Shown: positions 48,700-64,000 of the stretch, piece by piece | Layout of the letters: each line of letters begins with the position of its first letter | Numbering within the stretch: position 1 is the first letter of the stretch | Origin: Squalus acanthias | Taxonomy: Eukaryota | Direction: 5' to 3' | Length of the DNA: 64,000 nt | Assembly (NCBI GenBank): GCA_030390025.1 | Contig: CM059431.1 | Span: 146,942,001-147,006,000, forward strand | Position numbers and translations under genes: made by a program | The notes under the pieces: generated by a model | Told to the model about the DNA's origin: nothing | Databases searched by the model: none | Seen by the model: the letters and a program-made list of their open reading frames with translations, nothing else

Positions 48700-51600
48700 A
48701 CCCCACTGACACAGTCAACAGCCCACTAACCCAGCCCCAGAGCCCACTGACCTAGCCCCACACACCACTGACCCAGCCTCGCACCCCACTGACCAAGACC
48801 CGCACCCCACTGACTGAGCCCAAAACCTCACTGACACAGTCCCACACCCCACTGACCAAGCCCGCACCCAACTGTCCAAGCCCCGCACCCAACTGACACA
48901 GACCCTCAACCCACTGACACAGCCCCACACCCCAATGATCCAGCCTAAAACCCCACTGACCAAGCACCACACCCCACTGACCAACGCCCATACTCCACTG
49001 ACCCAGTTCCACCCCTCATTGACACAGCCCCACATCCCACTGACCAAGACGTGCAACCCACTGACCCAGCCCCAAATCCCACTGACACCACCCCACACCA
49101 CACAGACCCAGCCCCACACCCCACTGACCCAGAAACACACCCCACTGACCCAGCCCTACACGCCACTGACACAGCCCCACACACCAGTGACACAGCATCA
49201 CACCCCACTGACCCAGAAACACACCCCATTGACCCAGCCCTACACGCCACTGACACAGCCCCACACACCAGTGACACAGCATCACACCCCACTGGCCCAG
49301 TCCCACACCACACTTTTCCAGCCCCACATCCCACTGACCCGGCCCTACACCCAACTGACCCAGCCCCACAGCCCACTGTCCCAGCCCCACAACTCACTGA
49401 CAAAGTCCCACACCCCACTGACACAGCCCCACACCACATTGACCTAGCTCCACAACACACCGAACCAGCCCCTCACCAGACTGACACATCCCCTCGCAAA
49501 ACTGAACCAACACTGCACAAAAGCTACACTGACCCATCCACAAACAGCACTGGCCCAGCTCCACATCGACACCACACTGACCCAGCCCGACATACAACTG
49601 ACCCAGCACCACAACCCACTGTACACAGCCCCACAGCACATTGACACAGCCCCACATCCCACGAACACAGCACCGCATCCCAATCACCCAGTCCCACACC
49701 GATACAACAATAAAGCGGCCGTAACTGAAAACCCACTGGCACAGCCCCACAACGAAATCCCAGTGAACCAGCCCACTCCCACACCCCACTGACCCAGACC
49801 AAATCTAACATCCCACTGAACCAGTCCCACACCCACAAACCCACTTACTCAGAAACACACCGAAACCCAACTGACCCAGCCCCACACTCCACGCAGGTAG
49901 CCACACACCGACAACGCACTGACGCAGCTTCACATCGGGACCACAGTAACTCAGCCCCTCAACCACTGACACAGCCCCACACCCATTCCTCACTGGCCCT
50001 GGGCCACACCCCACTGACACAGCCCCACACCCTTCTAACCCAGCCTCACGATCCACTGACCCAACCCCACATCCCACGAACCCAGCCCCAAACCCCACTA
50101 ACCAATCCCCGCAAACGACTGACCCAGTCCCACAACCCACTGGCCCAGCCCGACAACACACTGACCCAGCACCACAACGCACTGACCAGCCCCACACACC
50201 ACTGGCCAAGCTCCGCACCTCACTGACCAAGCCACACAATCAAATGACACAGCCCCGCACCCCTTTGACCCAGAAACACATACCTTTGACCAAGAAACAC
50301 ATCGCACTGACCCAGCCCCACAACCCACGGAACTAGCCCACACCCCACTGACCCAGCCCCACACCCCACTGACCCAACCCAACACCGCACTGACCCAGCC
50401 CACACCCCACTGACCCAGCCCCACACCCCACTGACCCAGCCCCACACGCCACTGACACAGCCCCACATCCCACTGACTCAGCCCCACACCCCAATGACTT
50501 GGCTTCACGCCCCACTGACCAAGCTCCACACCCCACTGACACAGCCCTACGCCGCACTGACCCAGCCCCACACCTCACTGACGCAGCGCCACATCCCACT
50601 GAGCCAGTCCCACACCCCACTGACCCAGCCCCACAACCCACTGACCCAGACCCACACCCCACTGACCCAGCCCCACACCCCACTGACCCACATGCACACA
50701 CACTGACCCAGCCCCACACCCCACCTACACAGCCACACACCCCACTGACCAGGCACACACCCCACTGACCCAGCCCCACACCCCACTGACCCAGCCCCAC
50801 ACACAACTGACCCAGCACAGCACCTCACTGACACAGCCCCACAGCCCACTGACCCAGCCCCACACCCCACTGACACAGCCCCACATCCCACTGACCCAGC
50901 CCCACACCCTACTGACACAGCACAGCACCGCACTGACCCAGCCCCACACCCCACTGACACAGCCCCACGCCCCACTGACTCAACTCCACACCGCAATGAC
51001 CCAGCCCCAGACCCCACTGACACAGCCCCATGCCCCACTGACCCAGCCCCACACCCCACTGACCCAGCCACGCACCCGACTGACCCAGCCCCACACCCCA
51101 CTGACCCAGCCACACACACCACTGACCCAGACCCACACCACACTGACCCAGCCTCACACCCCACTGACCCAGCCACACGCACCACTGATCCAGCCCCACA
51201 TCCCACTGACCCAGCCCCACACTACATTGACACAGCCCCTCACCCCTCTAACCCAGCCCCACACCCGACTGACCCAGCCCCACACCCCACTGACACAGCC
51301 CCACATCCCACTGACTCAGCCCCACACCCCACTGACACAGCCCCACGCCCCACTGACCCAGCTCCACACCCCACTGACACAGCCCCACGCCCCACTGACC
51401 CACCTGCACACCCCACTGACACAGCCCCCCACCCCACTGACCCAGCCACACACCCCACTGACCCAGCCCCACAACCCACTGACACAGCCACACACACCAC
51501 TGAACCAGCCCCACACCCCATTGACCCAGCCTCACACCCCACTGACACAGCCCCACACCCGTCTAACCCAGCCCCACACCCCACTGAACCAGCCCCACAT

Positions 51601-54600
51601 CTGACTGTCCCAGCCCCATACATAGAAATATAGAAGATAGGAGCAGGAGTAGGCCATTCAGCCCCTCGAGCCTGCTCCGCCATTCGATGAGATCATGGCT
51701 GATCATCCAAACTCAGTACCCTGTCCCTGACTTCTCCCCATATCACTTGATACCTTTAGACTTAAGAAATATATCTAACTACTTCTTGAATATATTTACT
51801 GAATTGAGCACAACTGCCTTCTGTGGTAGAGAATTCCACAGGTTCACCACTCTCTGGCTGAAGAAATTCCTCCTCATCTCTGTCCTAAATGGCTTACCCC
51901 ATATCTTTAGACTGTGACCTCTTGTTCTGGACTCACCCGCCATCGGGAACATCCGTCCTGCATCCAGTCTGTCTAGCCCTGTTCGAATTTTATAAGCTTC
52001 AATGAGACCTCCTCTCATTCTTCTAAACTCCAGCGAGTATAAGCCCAATCGACCCAAACTCTCCTCGTACGTCATTCCTGCCATCCCAGCTATTAGTCTG
52101 GTGAATCTTCGCTGCACATCCTCCATGGCAAGAACATCTTTCCTCAAATCAGGCGATCAGAACTGCATACAATACTCAAGGTGTGGTCTCACCAATGCCC
52201 TGTACAGCTGCAGCAAGACATCCTTTTTCCTGTACTCAAACCCTCTCGCTACGAACGTCAACATACCATTTGCCTTCTTAGCGCCTGCTGTACCTGCATG
52301 CTTACCTTTAGCCACTACTGCACAAGGACACCCAGGTCTCGTTGCACTTCCCCTTTTCCCAATCTATTGCCGTTCAGATAATAAGCTGCCTTTCTGTTTT
52401 TGTCACCAAAGTGGATAACCTCGCATTTATTCACATTATACTGCATCTGCCATGCTTCTGCCCAATCACCCAACCTGTCCAAATCATACTGGAGTTTCTC
52501 TGCATCCTCCTCGCAGCACACACGCCCACCCAGCTTTGTGTCATCTGCAAACTTGGAGATATTACATCTAGTTCCCTCGTCTAGATCATTAATATATATA
52601 GTGAAGAGCTGGGGTCCTAGGACCGATCCCTGCGGAACCCCACTATTCACTGCCTGCCACTCGGAAAATGACCCGTTTATTCCAACTCTTTGCTTCCTGT
52701 CTGCCAACCAGTTCTCTATCCAAGTCAATACCTTGCCCACAATCCCATGTGCCTCAACTTTACACGCTAATCTCTTATGCGGGACCTTATCGAAAGCCTT
52801 CTGAAAGTCCAAATACACCACATCCACTGGTTCTCCCTTATCTATTCTATCAGTTGCATCCTCAAAAAATTCCAGTACATTAGTCAAGCACGATTTATCT
52901 TTTGTAAATCCATGTTGACTTTGTCCAATCCTGTCACTGTTTTCCAAGTGCTCTGCTATTGCAACTTTTATAATGGACTCTAGCATTTTCCCCACAACCG
53001 ATGTCAGGCTTACCGGTCTACAATTACCCTTTTTTTCTTTGCCACCTTTTTTGAGCAGTAGGGTAACTTTAGCTACCCTCCAATCCATGGTATCTGTTCC
53101 AGAATCTATAGAATTTTGGAAGATGACCAGCAATGCATCTACTATTTCTAGGGCCACTTCCTGAAGTACCCTTGGATGTAGATTATCAGGCCCTGGGAAT
53201 TTATCGGCCTTTAATGCTATTAATTTCCCGAACACCATTTCCCTACAAATACTTATTTCATTCAGTTCCTCCCTCTCCTTAGACCCTGTGTTCCCCGACA
53301 TCTCTGGGAGGTTTTTTTCTGTTCTCGTTTGTGAAGACAGAGCCAAAGTATGTTTTTAATTGGCCTTCCATTTCTTTGGTCCCCATTATAATTTCCCTGA
53401 TTCTGACTGCAAGGGACCTACGCTTGACTTCACCAATCTTTTTCTCTTCACATATTTACAAAAGCTTTTACAGTCAGTTTTCATGTTCCCTGCAAGCTTA
53501 CGCTCGTACTCTATTTCCCCCCTCTTAATTAATCCCTTTGTTCTCCTTTGCTGAATCCTAAACTGCTCCCAGTCCTGAATTTTACTGCTTTTTCTGGCCA
53601 ATTTATATGTGCTCTCCTTGGATCTTATGCTCACCCTGATTTTCCTTGTCAGCAATGTTTGATTCACCTTTTTTATTTTATTTTTTATGCCAGACAGAAA
53701 TGAACAAATTCTGTAGTTCATCCATGCGATCTTTGAATGTTTGCCATTGCCTATGCAAAGTCAACCCTTTGAGTAACATTCCCCAAACTACCCTACCCAA
53801 CTCGCGCCTCATACCATCGTAGTTACCTTTATTTAAATTCAGACCCTAGTCTCTGAGTCAACTACTTCATTCTCCATCTTAATGAAGAATTCTATCATAT
53901 TATGATCGCTCCGCCCCAAGGGGCCACACACAACAAGATTGCTAATTAATCCTTTGTCGTTACATAATACCGAGTCTAAGTTGGCCTGGTCTCTAGTTGG
54001 TTTCTCGACATATTGGTCCAGGAAACCATTATGTATACACTCCAGGAATACCTCCTCCACAGTATTGTTACTAATTTGGTACGCCCAATACACCAATAAC
54101 GCAGCCCTACATCCCACAGGCCCAGCCCCACACACACTAACCCAGCCCCACACCCCACTAACCCAGCACCACAATCCACTTACACAGCCCCACACCACAC
54201 TAACCCAGCCCCACACCCCACTAACCCAGCTCCACACTCCACTGACCCAGCCCCACACCACACTGAACAACCCTGATCCCAAATGACCAAGACCCACATC
54301 CCACTGACCAAGCCTCAAAACCCACTAAACAAGCCTCAAACCCCGCACCCCACTGATCAAGCCCCACCCCGCACTGGCCAAGCCCGACAGCACACTGACC
54401 CAGATCCAGACCACACTGACCAGCCCCACACACCACTGACCCAGCCCCGCACCTCACTGACCCAGCTTCATACCACACTGACACAGACGCACACCCCACT
54501 GACACATCCCCTCACCCCACTGAAACAGCCCCACACCCCACTGGCCCAGAAACACTCCCCACTAACTCAGTCCCGCACCTCACTGACCCAGCCCCACACC

Positions 54601-57600
54601 CCACTGACACAGAACCGCACACCACTGACCCAGCCCCACACCCCACTGACCCAGCCCCACACCCCACTGACACAGCCCCGCACCCCACTGACCCAGCCAC
54701 ACACACCGCTGTCCCAGCCCCACACCCCACTGACCCAGTCCCACACCCCACTGACCCAGCCCCGCACCCCACTGACCCAGCCACACACACCGCTGTCCCA
54801 GCCCCACACCCAAATGATCAAGCCCCGCACCCCTTTGACCCAGAAAAACACCCCACTGACCCAGCCCCGCACCCCACTGACACAACCCCACTCAACAATA
54901 ACCCAGCCCCACACCCCACTGACCCAGCCCTACACCCCACTGACCCAGCCCCACACCCCACTTACATAGAACAACACCCAGCTGACCCAGTCTCACAGCC
55001 ACTCCCCACTGACCCAGCCCCACACCCACACCCCACTGACCCAGCCCCACACCCCAGTGATCCAGCCCCACACCCCACTGATCCAGCCCCACACCCACCT
55101 GGTCCAGCCCCACACCCCACTGACCCAGCCCCACACCGACCTGATCCAGCCCCACACCCCACTGACCCAGCCCCACACCCCACTGACCAAGCCTCACACG
55201 CCACTGACCCAGCCCCACACCCCACTGATCCAGCCCCACACCTTACTGATCCAGCCCCACACCCCACTGACCCAGGCCCACACCCCACTGACCAAGCCTC
55301 ACACCCCACTGACCAGGCCTCACACCCCACTGACCCAGCCCCGCACCCCACTGACCCAGCCCCACACCCACCTGACCCAGCCCCACACCCCACTGACCCA
55401 GCCCCACACCCCACTGACCAAGCCTCACACCCCACTGACACAGCCCCACACCCCACTGAACCGGGTCTGACACCCACAACCCACTGACCCAGCCCCACAC
55501 CCGACTGACCCAGCCCCACACCCCACTGACCCAGCCCTACACCCACACCCCACATACCCAGCCCCACACCCCTCCCCAATGTCCCAGCCACGCAGCCACA
55601 CCCCACTGACCCAACTCCACACCACACTGACCCAACTCCACACCCACACCCCACTGACCCAGCCCCACACCCAATTGACCCAGCCCCACGCCCCACTGAC
55701 CCAGCCCCACACCCAACTGACCAAGCCCGACTCCCACACCCCAATGACCCAGCCCCACACCCAACTAACCCAACTCCACACCACACCGAACGAGCCCCTC
55801 ACCGGACTGACACATCCCCTCGCAACACTGACCCAATATTGCACAAAAACTACACTGACCCAGCTTCAAACACCACTGACCCAGCTCCACATCTACACCC
55901 CACTGACCCAGCACCACATCTCAATCACCCAGCTCCACACCGAAACCACAATGAACAGTCCCCGCACTGAAAGTCCACTGGCACAGCCCCACAACGAAAT
56001 TCTAGTGAACCAGCTCCACACCGAAACCCCACTGACACAGCCCCACACCAACTGATCCAGCACCGACTCCCACTGACCCAGCCCCATACATCACTGAACA
56101 AGCCCCACACCCCACTAACGCAGCCCCACACCACACTGACCCAGAACCAAACCCAATGACCCAGCCCCACACCCCACTGTCCCAGAACCACACCCTACTG
56201 ACCAAGCCCCACACCCCACTGACCCAGCCCCACACCCCACTGACCAAGCCCCACACCCCACTGACCCAGCCCCAAACCCCAATGACCCAGCACCACACCC
56301 CACTGACACAAACCCACACCCCACTGACCCAGACCCACACCCCACTGACGCAGCCCCACACCACACTGACACAGCCCCACACCACATTGAACAAGCCCCA
56401 CACCACACAGACACAGCCCCTCACCCCACTGACCAAGCACCGCACCCCAGTGACACAGGAGAACACCTCACTGACCATGACCCACACCTCACTGAACCAA
56501 CCCCAAACTCCACTGAACCAGCCCCACACCTCACTGACACAGCCCCGAACCCCACTGACCCAGCCCCTCACCACACTGACCCAGCCCCACAACCCAATGA
56601 AACAGCCCCGAACCCCAATGACCCAGCCCCGCACCCCACTGACCCAGCCCCACATCCCAATGACCCAGCCCCGCACACCATTGACCAAGCCCACAACCCA
56701 ACGAACCAGCCACACACCCCAATGACCCTGCCCCGCACCCCATTGACCCAGACACACACCCCACTGACCCAGCCACACACCAGATTGACCCAGCCCCGCA
56801 CCCCATTGACCCAGTCCCAACCCCAACTGACCCAGAGCCACACCACACTGACCCAGTCCCACACCCCAGGGTCCCAGACACACACACAACTGGCCCAGCC
56901 GCACACCCCACTGGCCAAGCACCACACCCCAGTAACACAGGAGAACACCTCACTGACCATGACCCACACCCCACTGACACAGCCCCTCACCACACTGACC
57001 CAGCCCCACAATCCAATGACCAGCCCCGCACCCTAAAATGACCCGGCCCCGCACCTCACTGACACAGCCCCACAACCCAATGAACCAAATCCACACCAAA
57101 CTGACCCAACCACAGACCCCAATGACCCAGCCCCGCACCCCATTGACCCAGAAACACACCGCACTGACCCTGCCCCACACCTCAATGACACAGCCCCGCA
57201 CCCCACTGACCCAGCACCGCACCCCACTGACCCAGCCCCACACCACACTGACCAAACCCCACACCCCACTGACCCAGCCCCGCACCCCACTGACACAGCC
57301 CCACACCCCAATGACCCAGCCCCGCACCCCATTGACACAGAAACACAACCCAACGAAGCAGCCCCACACCACAATGACCCTGCCCCGCACCCCATTGACC
57401 CAGACACACACCCCACTGACCCAGCCCCACACCCCATTGACACAGCCCCGCACCCCATTGACCCAGTCACACCCCCCACTTACCCAGCGCCACACCACAC
57501 TGACCCCGTCCCACACCCCAGGTTCCCAGACACACACACAACTGGCCCAGCCCCACACCCCACTGGCCAAGCACCACACCCCACTGACCCAGGCCTACAC

Positions 57601-60600
57601 CTTACTGACCCTGGCCTACACCTCACTGACCATGACCCACACCTCACTGACACAGCCCCAAACAACACTGACAGAGCCCAAACACCCCACTGACACAGCC
57701 CAAACACCCCAGTACCCAGCCCACATTCCAATCACCCAGCCGCACACCATCAAGCCAATTAACCGTCCCCTCACTGAATGCCCACTGACCCAACCTCACA
57801 TCACAATGGTCCAGCTCAAGATCAAAATCCTAGTGACCAAGCCGCTCTCCCACACCCCACTGAGCCAGACCAGCTCACAAACCCCACTGAACCAGTCCCA
57901 CACACAAAACCTCACTGACTCGGCAACACTCCGAAACCACACTGACCCAGCTCCACACACACTGACCTAGCCCCACACCTCACTGGCCAGCCCCACACCT
58001 CACTGACCCAGCCCCACACCCAACTGACCCAGCCCCACACCCCACTGACTCAGCCCCACACCGCACTGACCAAGCCCCTCACCACACTGACCCAGCCCCA
58101 TAAACAAATGAAACAGCCCCGAACCCCAATGACCCAGCCCAGCACCCCACTGACCCAGCCCCACATCCCATTATCCCAGCCCCGCACACCATTGACCAAG
58201 ACCCACAACCCAACGAACCAGACACACACCCCAATGACCCTGCCCCGCACCCCATTGACCCAGACACACACCCCACTGACCCAGCTCCACACCCCATTGA
58301 CCCAGCCCCGCACCCCATTGACCCAGTCACACCCCCCACTGACCCAGCCCCACACCACACTGACCAAACCCCACACCCCACTGACCCAGCCCCGCACCCC
58401 ACTGACACAGCCCCACAACCCAATGAAACAGCCCCGCACCCCAATTACCCAGCCCCGCACCCCACTGACCCAGCCCCACACCCCACTGACTCAGCCCCGC
58501 ACCCCATTGACCCAGACACACACCCCACTGACCCAGCTCCACACCCCATTGACCCAGCCCCGCACCCCATTGACCCAGTCACACCCCCCACTGACCCAGC
58601 CCCACACCACACTGACCAAACCCCACACCCCACTGACCCAGCCCCGCACCCCATTGACCCAGACACACACCCCACTGACCCAGCTCCACACCCCATTGAC
58701 CCAGCCCCGCACCCCATTGACCCAGTCACACCCCCCACTGACCCAGCCCCACACCACACTGACCAAACCCCACACCCCACTGACCCAGCCCCGCACCCCA
58801 CTGACCAAACCCCACACCCCACTGACCCAGCCCCGCACCCCATTGACCCAGACACACACCCCACTGACCCAGCTCCACACCCCATTGACCCAGCCCCGCA
58901 CCCCATTGACCCAGACACACACCCCACTGACCCAGCTCCACACCCCATTGACCCAGCCCCGCACCCCATTGACCCAGACACACACCCCACTGACCCAGCC
59001 CCACACCCCATTGACACAGCCCCGCACCCCATTGACCCAGTCACACCCCCCACTTACCCAGCGCCACACCACACTGACCCCGTCCCACACCCCAGGTTCC
59101 CAGACACACACACAACTGGCCCAGCCCCACACCCCACTGGCCAAGCACCACACCCCACTGACCCAGGCCTACACCTTACTGACCCTGGCCAAACCTCACT
59201 GAACATGACCCACACCTCACTGACACAGCCCCAAACAACACTGACAGAGCCCAAACACCCCACTGACACAGCCCAAACACCCCAGTACCCAGCCCCACAT
59301 TCCAATCACCCAGCCGCACACCATCAAGCTAATGAACCGTCCCCTCACTGAATGCCCACTGACCCAAGCTCACATCACAATGGTCCAGCTCAAGACCAAA
59401 ATCCTAGTGAACAAGCCGCTCTCCCACACCCCACTGAGCCAGACCAGCTCACAAACCCCACTGAACCAGTCCCACACACAAAACCTCACTGACTCAGCAA
59501 CACTCCGAAACCACACTGACCCAGCTCCACACACACTGACCTAGCCCCACACCTCACTGGCCAGCCCCACACCTCACTGACCCAGCCCCACACCCAACTG
59601 ACCCAGCCCCACCCCCCACTGACTCAGCCCCACACCGCACTGACCAAGCCCCTCACCACACTGACCCAGCCCCACAAACAAATGAAACAGCCCCGAACCC
59701 CAATGACCCAGCCCAGCACCCCACTGACACAGCCCCACTTCCCATTATCCCAGCCCCGCACACCATTGAGCAAGACCCACAACCCAACGAACCAGACACA
59801 CATCCCAATGACCCTGCCCCGCACCCCATTGACCCAGACACACACCCCACTGACCGAGCTCCACACCCCATTGACCCAGCCCCGCACCCCATTGACCCAG
59901 TCACACCCCCCACTGACCCAGAGCCACACCACGCTGACCCAGTCCCACATCCCAGGTTCCCAGACACACACACAACAGGCCCAGCCCCACACCCCAGTGA
60001 CACAGGAGAACACCTCACTGACCATGACACACACCCCACTGAACCAGCCCCACACCTCACTGACACAGCCCCGAACTCCACTGACACAGCCCCTCACCAC
60101 ACTGACCCAGCCCTACAACCCAATGAACCAGCCCCGCACCCTAAAATGACCCAGTCCCGCACCCCACTGACACAGCCCCACAACCCAATGAACCAAATCC
60201 ACACCAAACTGACCCAACACCAGAACCCAATGACCCAGCCCCGCACACCATTGACCCAGCCCCACAGCCGAGTGAACCAGCCCCACACCGCAATGACCCA
60301 GCTCCGCACCCCATTGACCCAGACACACACCGCACAGACCCAGCCCCACACCCCACTGACACAGCCCCGCACCCCACTGACACAGCACCGCACCCCACTG
60401 AGCCAGCCCCACACCCCACTGACACAGCCCCGCACCCCACTGACCCAGCACCGCACCCAACTGACCCAGCACCACACCCCACTGACCCAACCTCACACCC
60501 CACTGACCCAGCCCCGCACCCCACTGACACAGCCCCACAACCCAATGAAACAGCCCCGCACCGCAATGACCCAGCCCCGCACCCCACTGACCCAGCCCCA

Positions 60601-63600
60601 CACCCCAATGACCCAGCCCCGCACCCCATTGACACAGAAACACAACCCAATGAAGCAGCCCCACACCACAATGACCCTGCCCGCAACCCATTGAACCAGA
60701 CAAACACCCCACTGACCCAGCCCCACACCCCATTGACCAACCCCGCACCCCATTGACCCAGTCACACACCCCACTGACCCAGCACCACACCACACTGACC
60801 CAGTCCCACACCCCAGGGTCCCAGACACACACACAACTGGCCCAGCCCCACAGCCCACTGGCCAAGCACCACACCCCACTGACCCAGGTCTACACCTCAC
60901 TGACCCTGGCCTACACCTCACTGACCATGACCCACACCTCACTGACACAGCCCCACACAACACTGACAGAGACAAAACACCCCACTGACACAGCCCAAAC
61001 AACCCAGTACCCAGCCCCACATACCAATCACCCAGCCGCACACCATCAAGCCAATGAACCGTCCCCTCACTGAATGCCCACTGACCCAAGCCCACATCAC
61101 AATGGTCCAGCTCAAGACCGAAATCCTAGTGACCAAGCCGCTCTCCCACACCAAACTGAGGCAGACCAGCTCACAAACCCCACTGAACCAGTCCCACACA
61201 CACAACCTCACTGACTCATCAGCACTCCGAAACCACACTGACGCAGCTCCACACACACTGACCTAGCCCTACACCTCACTGGCCAGCCCCACACCTCACT
61301 GACCCAGCCCCACACCCAACTGACCCAGCCCCACACCCCACTGACTCAGCCCCACACCGCACTGACCAAGCCCCACACCGCTCTGAACCAGCCCCACACC
61401 CCACTGACCCAGCCCCACACCCCACTGACCCAGCCCCACACCCCACTGACCCAGCCCCACACCTCACTGGCCAGCCCCACACCTTACTGACCCAGCCCCA
61501 TACCCCACTGACCGAGCCCCACACCTCACTGGCCCAGCCCCACACCTCACTGACCTTGCCCCACACCCCACTGACCCAGCCCCACACCCAACTGACACAG
61601 TCCAACACACACTGACCTAGCCCCACACCCCACTGACCCCGCCCCACACCTCACTGACCCAGCCCCACACCCCACTGACACAGCCCCACACCCCACTGAC
61701 CCAGCTCCCCACCCCAATGACACAGCCCCACACACACACCCCACTGACCCAGCCCACACCTCACTGTCACAGCCCCACACCGCACTGACCCTGCTCCACA
61801 CCCCACTGAGCTAGCCCCACACACACACACCACTGACCCAGCCCCGCACCTCATTGACCCAGCCCTGCACCCCACTGACCAGCCCCACACCCCACTGACG
61901 CAGCCCCACACTCCACTGACCCAGCCCCACAACCCACTGACACGGCCGCAGACTCCACTGCACCTTCCCCACGTCCCACTGACCCAGCACCACAACCCAC
62001 TGACCCAGGCCCACTCCCCACTGACCCGGCCCCACACCCCACTCACCCAGCCCCACACGGATACCTCTCTGAACCAGCCCCACACCACACTGAACCAGCC
62101 TCACACTGACCCAGCCCCACACCCCACTCACCCAGGCCCACACCCCACTTACCCAGCCCCACACCCCACTGACCCAGCCCCACATCCCACTGACCCAGCC
62201 CCACACCCCACTGACACGGCCGCAGACTCCACTGAACCTTCCCCACATCCCACTGACCCAGCCCCACACCCCACTGACCCAGGCCCGCACCCCACTGACA
62301 CAGCCCCACACCCCACTTTCCCAGCCCCACACCGATACCTTTCTGGACCAGCCCCACACCACACTGACCCAGCCTCACACTGACCCAGTCCCACACCCCA
62401 CTGACCCAGGCCCTCACCTCACTGGCCAGCCCTACACCTCACTGGCCAGCCCCACACCTCACTGACCCAGCCCCACACCCAACTGACCCAGCCCCACACC
62501 CCACTGACTCAGCCCCACACCGCACTGACCAAGCCCCACACCGCTCTGAACCAGCCCCACACCCCACTGACCCAGCCCCACACCCCACTGACCCAGCCCC
62601 ACACCCCACTGACCCAGCCCCACACCTCACTGGCCAGCCCCACACCTTACTGACCCAGCCCCATACCCCACTGACCGAGCCCCACACCTCACTGGCCCAG
62701 CCCCACACCTCACTGACCTTGCCCCACACCCCACTGACCCAGCCCCACACCCAACTGACCCAGTCCAACACACACTGACCTAGCCCCACACCCCACTGAC
62801 CCCGCCCCACACCTCACTGACCCAGCCCCACACCCCACTGACACAGCCCCACACCCCACTGACCCAGCTCCCCACCCCAATGACACAGCCCCACACACAC
62901 ACCCCACTGACCCAGCCCACACCTCACTGACACAGCCCCACACCGCACTGACCCTGCTCCACACCCCACTGAGCTAGCCCCACACACACACACCACTGAC
63001 CCAGCCCCGCACCTCATTGACCCAGCCCTGCACCCCACTGACCAGCCCCACACCCCACTGACGCAGCCCCACACTCCACTGACCCAGCCCCACAACCCAC
63101 TGACACGGCCGCAGACTCCACTGCACCTTCCCCACGTCCCACTGACCCAGCACCACAACCCACTGACCCAGGCCCACTCCCCACTGACCCGGCCCCACAC
63201 CCCACTCACCCAGCCCCACACGGATACCTCTCTGAACCAGCCCCACACCACACTGAACCAGCCTCACACTGACCCAGCCCCACACCCCACTCACCCAGGC
63301 CCACACCCCACTTACCCAGCCCCACAGCCCACTGACCCAGCCCCACATCCCACTGACCCAGCCCCACACCCCACTGACACGGCCGCAGACTCCACTGAAC
63401 CTTCCCCACATCCCACTGACCCAGCCCCACACCCCACTGACCCAGGCCCGCACCCCACTGACACAGCCCCACACCCCACTTTCCCAGCCCCACACCGATA
63501 CCTTTCTGGACCAGCCCCACACCACACTGACCCAGCCTCACACTGACCCAGTCCCACACCCCACTGACCCAGGCCCTCACCCCACTGACCCAGCCCCACA

Positions 63601-63665
63601 CCGATACATCTCTGACCCACACCGACACCCCACTGATCCAGCCTCATACCGACACCCCACTGACG
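48700..63665 (+). repeat. 21-bp C-rich satellite (CCCCACTGACCCAGCCCCACA), ~12.5 kb net, with higher-order duplications
   Basis: Direct periodicity; translates as TQPHTPL or GAGSVGC repeats. Split by a CR1 at 51621-54098. Confidence 0.97.
51621..54098 (-). mobile_element. 5'-truncated CR1 ORF2 inserted in the 21-bp satellite
   Basis: 343-aa RT ORF 52315-53346 (KAFDKVPH, SGVPQGSVLGP, KFADDTKLGG); SDHNMIEF; TACAT at both junctions. Confidence 0.95.
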
Positions 63666-64000
63666 CTGCCCTGCACTGACACAACAATAACCCGCTCTTA
63701 CACAGACACCCCACTTATACAAATCTACGCCTATACCTCACTGACACAGAATGTTAGTAGTAATATGGAATTCCCTTCCCAAATATTGTGGATTACGTGT
63801 CTAATTAATTTTTCATACAGAGAATAACGGATTTTTATTACTTAAGGATTTTGAGCGAAATGAATCAAAGGCAGGTAGATGTGGTTGAGATAAAGATCAG
63901 CAATAATCCCATTAAATGGACGAGCTTGAGGAGCTGAATGGCCTCCTTCGATGTTCCTCCATTTAATCATCTGCTGAATAATAAATTCCAGTATTTGTTG

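Noticed and set aside
48700..63665. True immunoglobulin switch region or telomeric array
   Set aside because: No Ig exons in the window, AGCT motifs are sparse, and there is no (TTAGGG)n.
48715..63722. Long ORFs resembling mucins, keratin-associated proteins or silk (TQPHTPL, GAGSVGC, WGWVSGV)
   Set aside because: They are open in many frames on both strands because the 21-bp unit is 3n and stop-poor. No unique termini or splice structure; indels are frequent.
63845..63960. Possible very degraded CR1 3' end
   Set aside because: Only a short GAGCTGAATGGCCTCCT-like motif is recognisable; too weak to annotate.

Overview
Eukaryotic, repeat-dense DNA. The CR1, L2 and V-SINE repeats and the NLR type point to a cartilaginous fish (shark-like); this is inference from family resemblance. 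The main host feature is one minus-strand NLR immune-receptor gene (death-fold-like N-terminus + NACHT + RI-type LRRs). I reconstructed it by hand as 9 coding exons from 47080 to 12008, all with GT-AG introns and matching phases. It carries a NACHT frameshift, a NACHT nonsense codon, an LRR frameshift and a Walker A Gly>Val change, so it looks like a pseudogene whose N-terminal exons are still intact. Bases 1-4125 hold the decayed 3' end of an LTR retroelement: an env-like ORF with class I fusion (F-like) architecture whose transmembrane helix is split by a CR1 with a GTTATA target-site duplication, then a 29-bp array at the apparent polypurine-tract (PPT)/LTR junction, then a candidate ~700-bp TG...CA LTR. 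The rest is CR1 LINEs (two near full length, with esterase-type ORF1), L2, SINE and DNA-transposon remnants, and at least seven unrelated tandem-repeat families (21, 26, 29, 39, 51, 55 and ~87 bp), some with kb-scale higher-order duplications. Most long ORFs in the supplied track are satellite translation artefacts.
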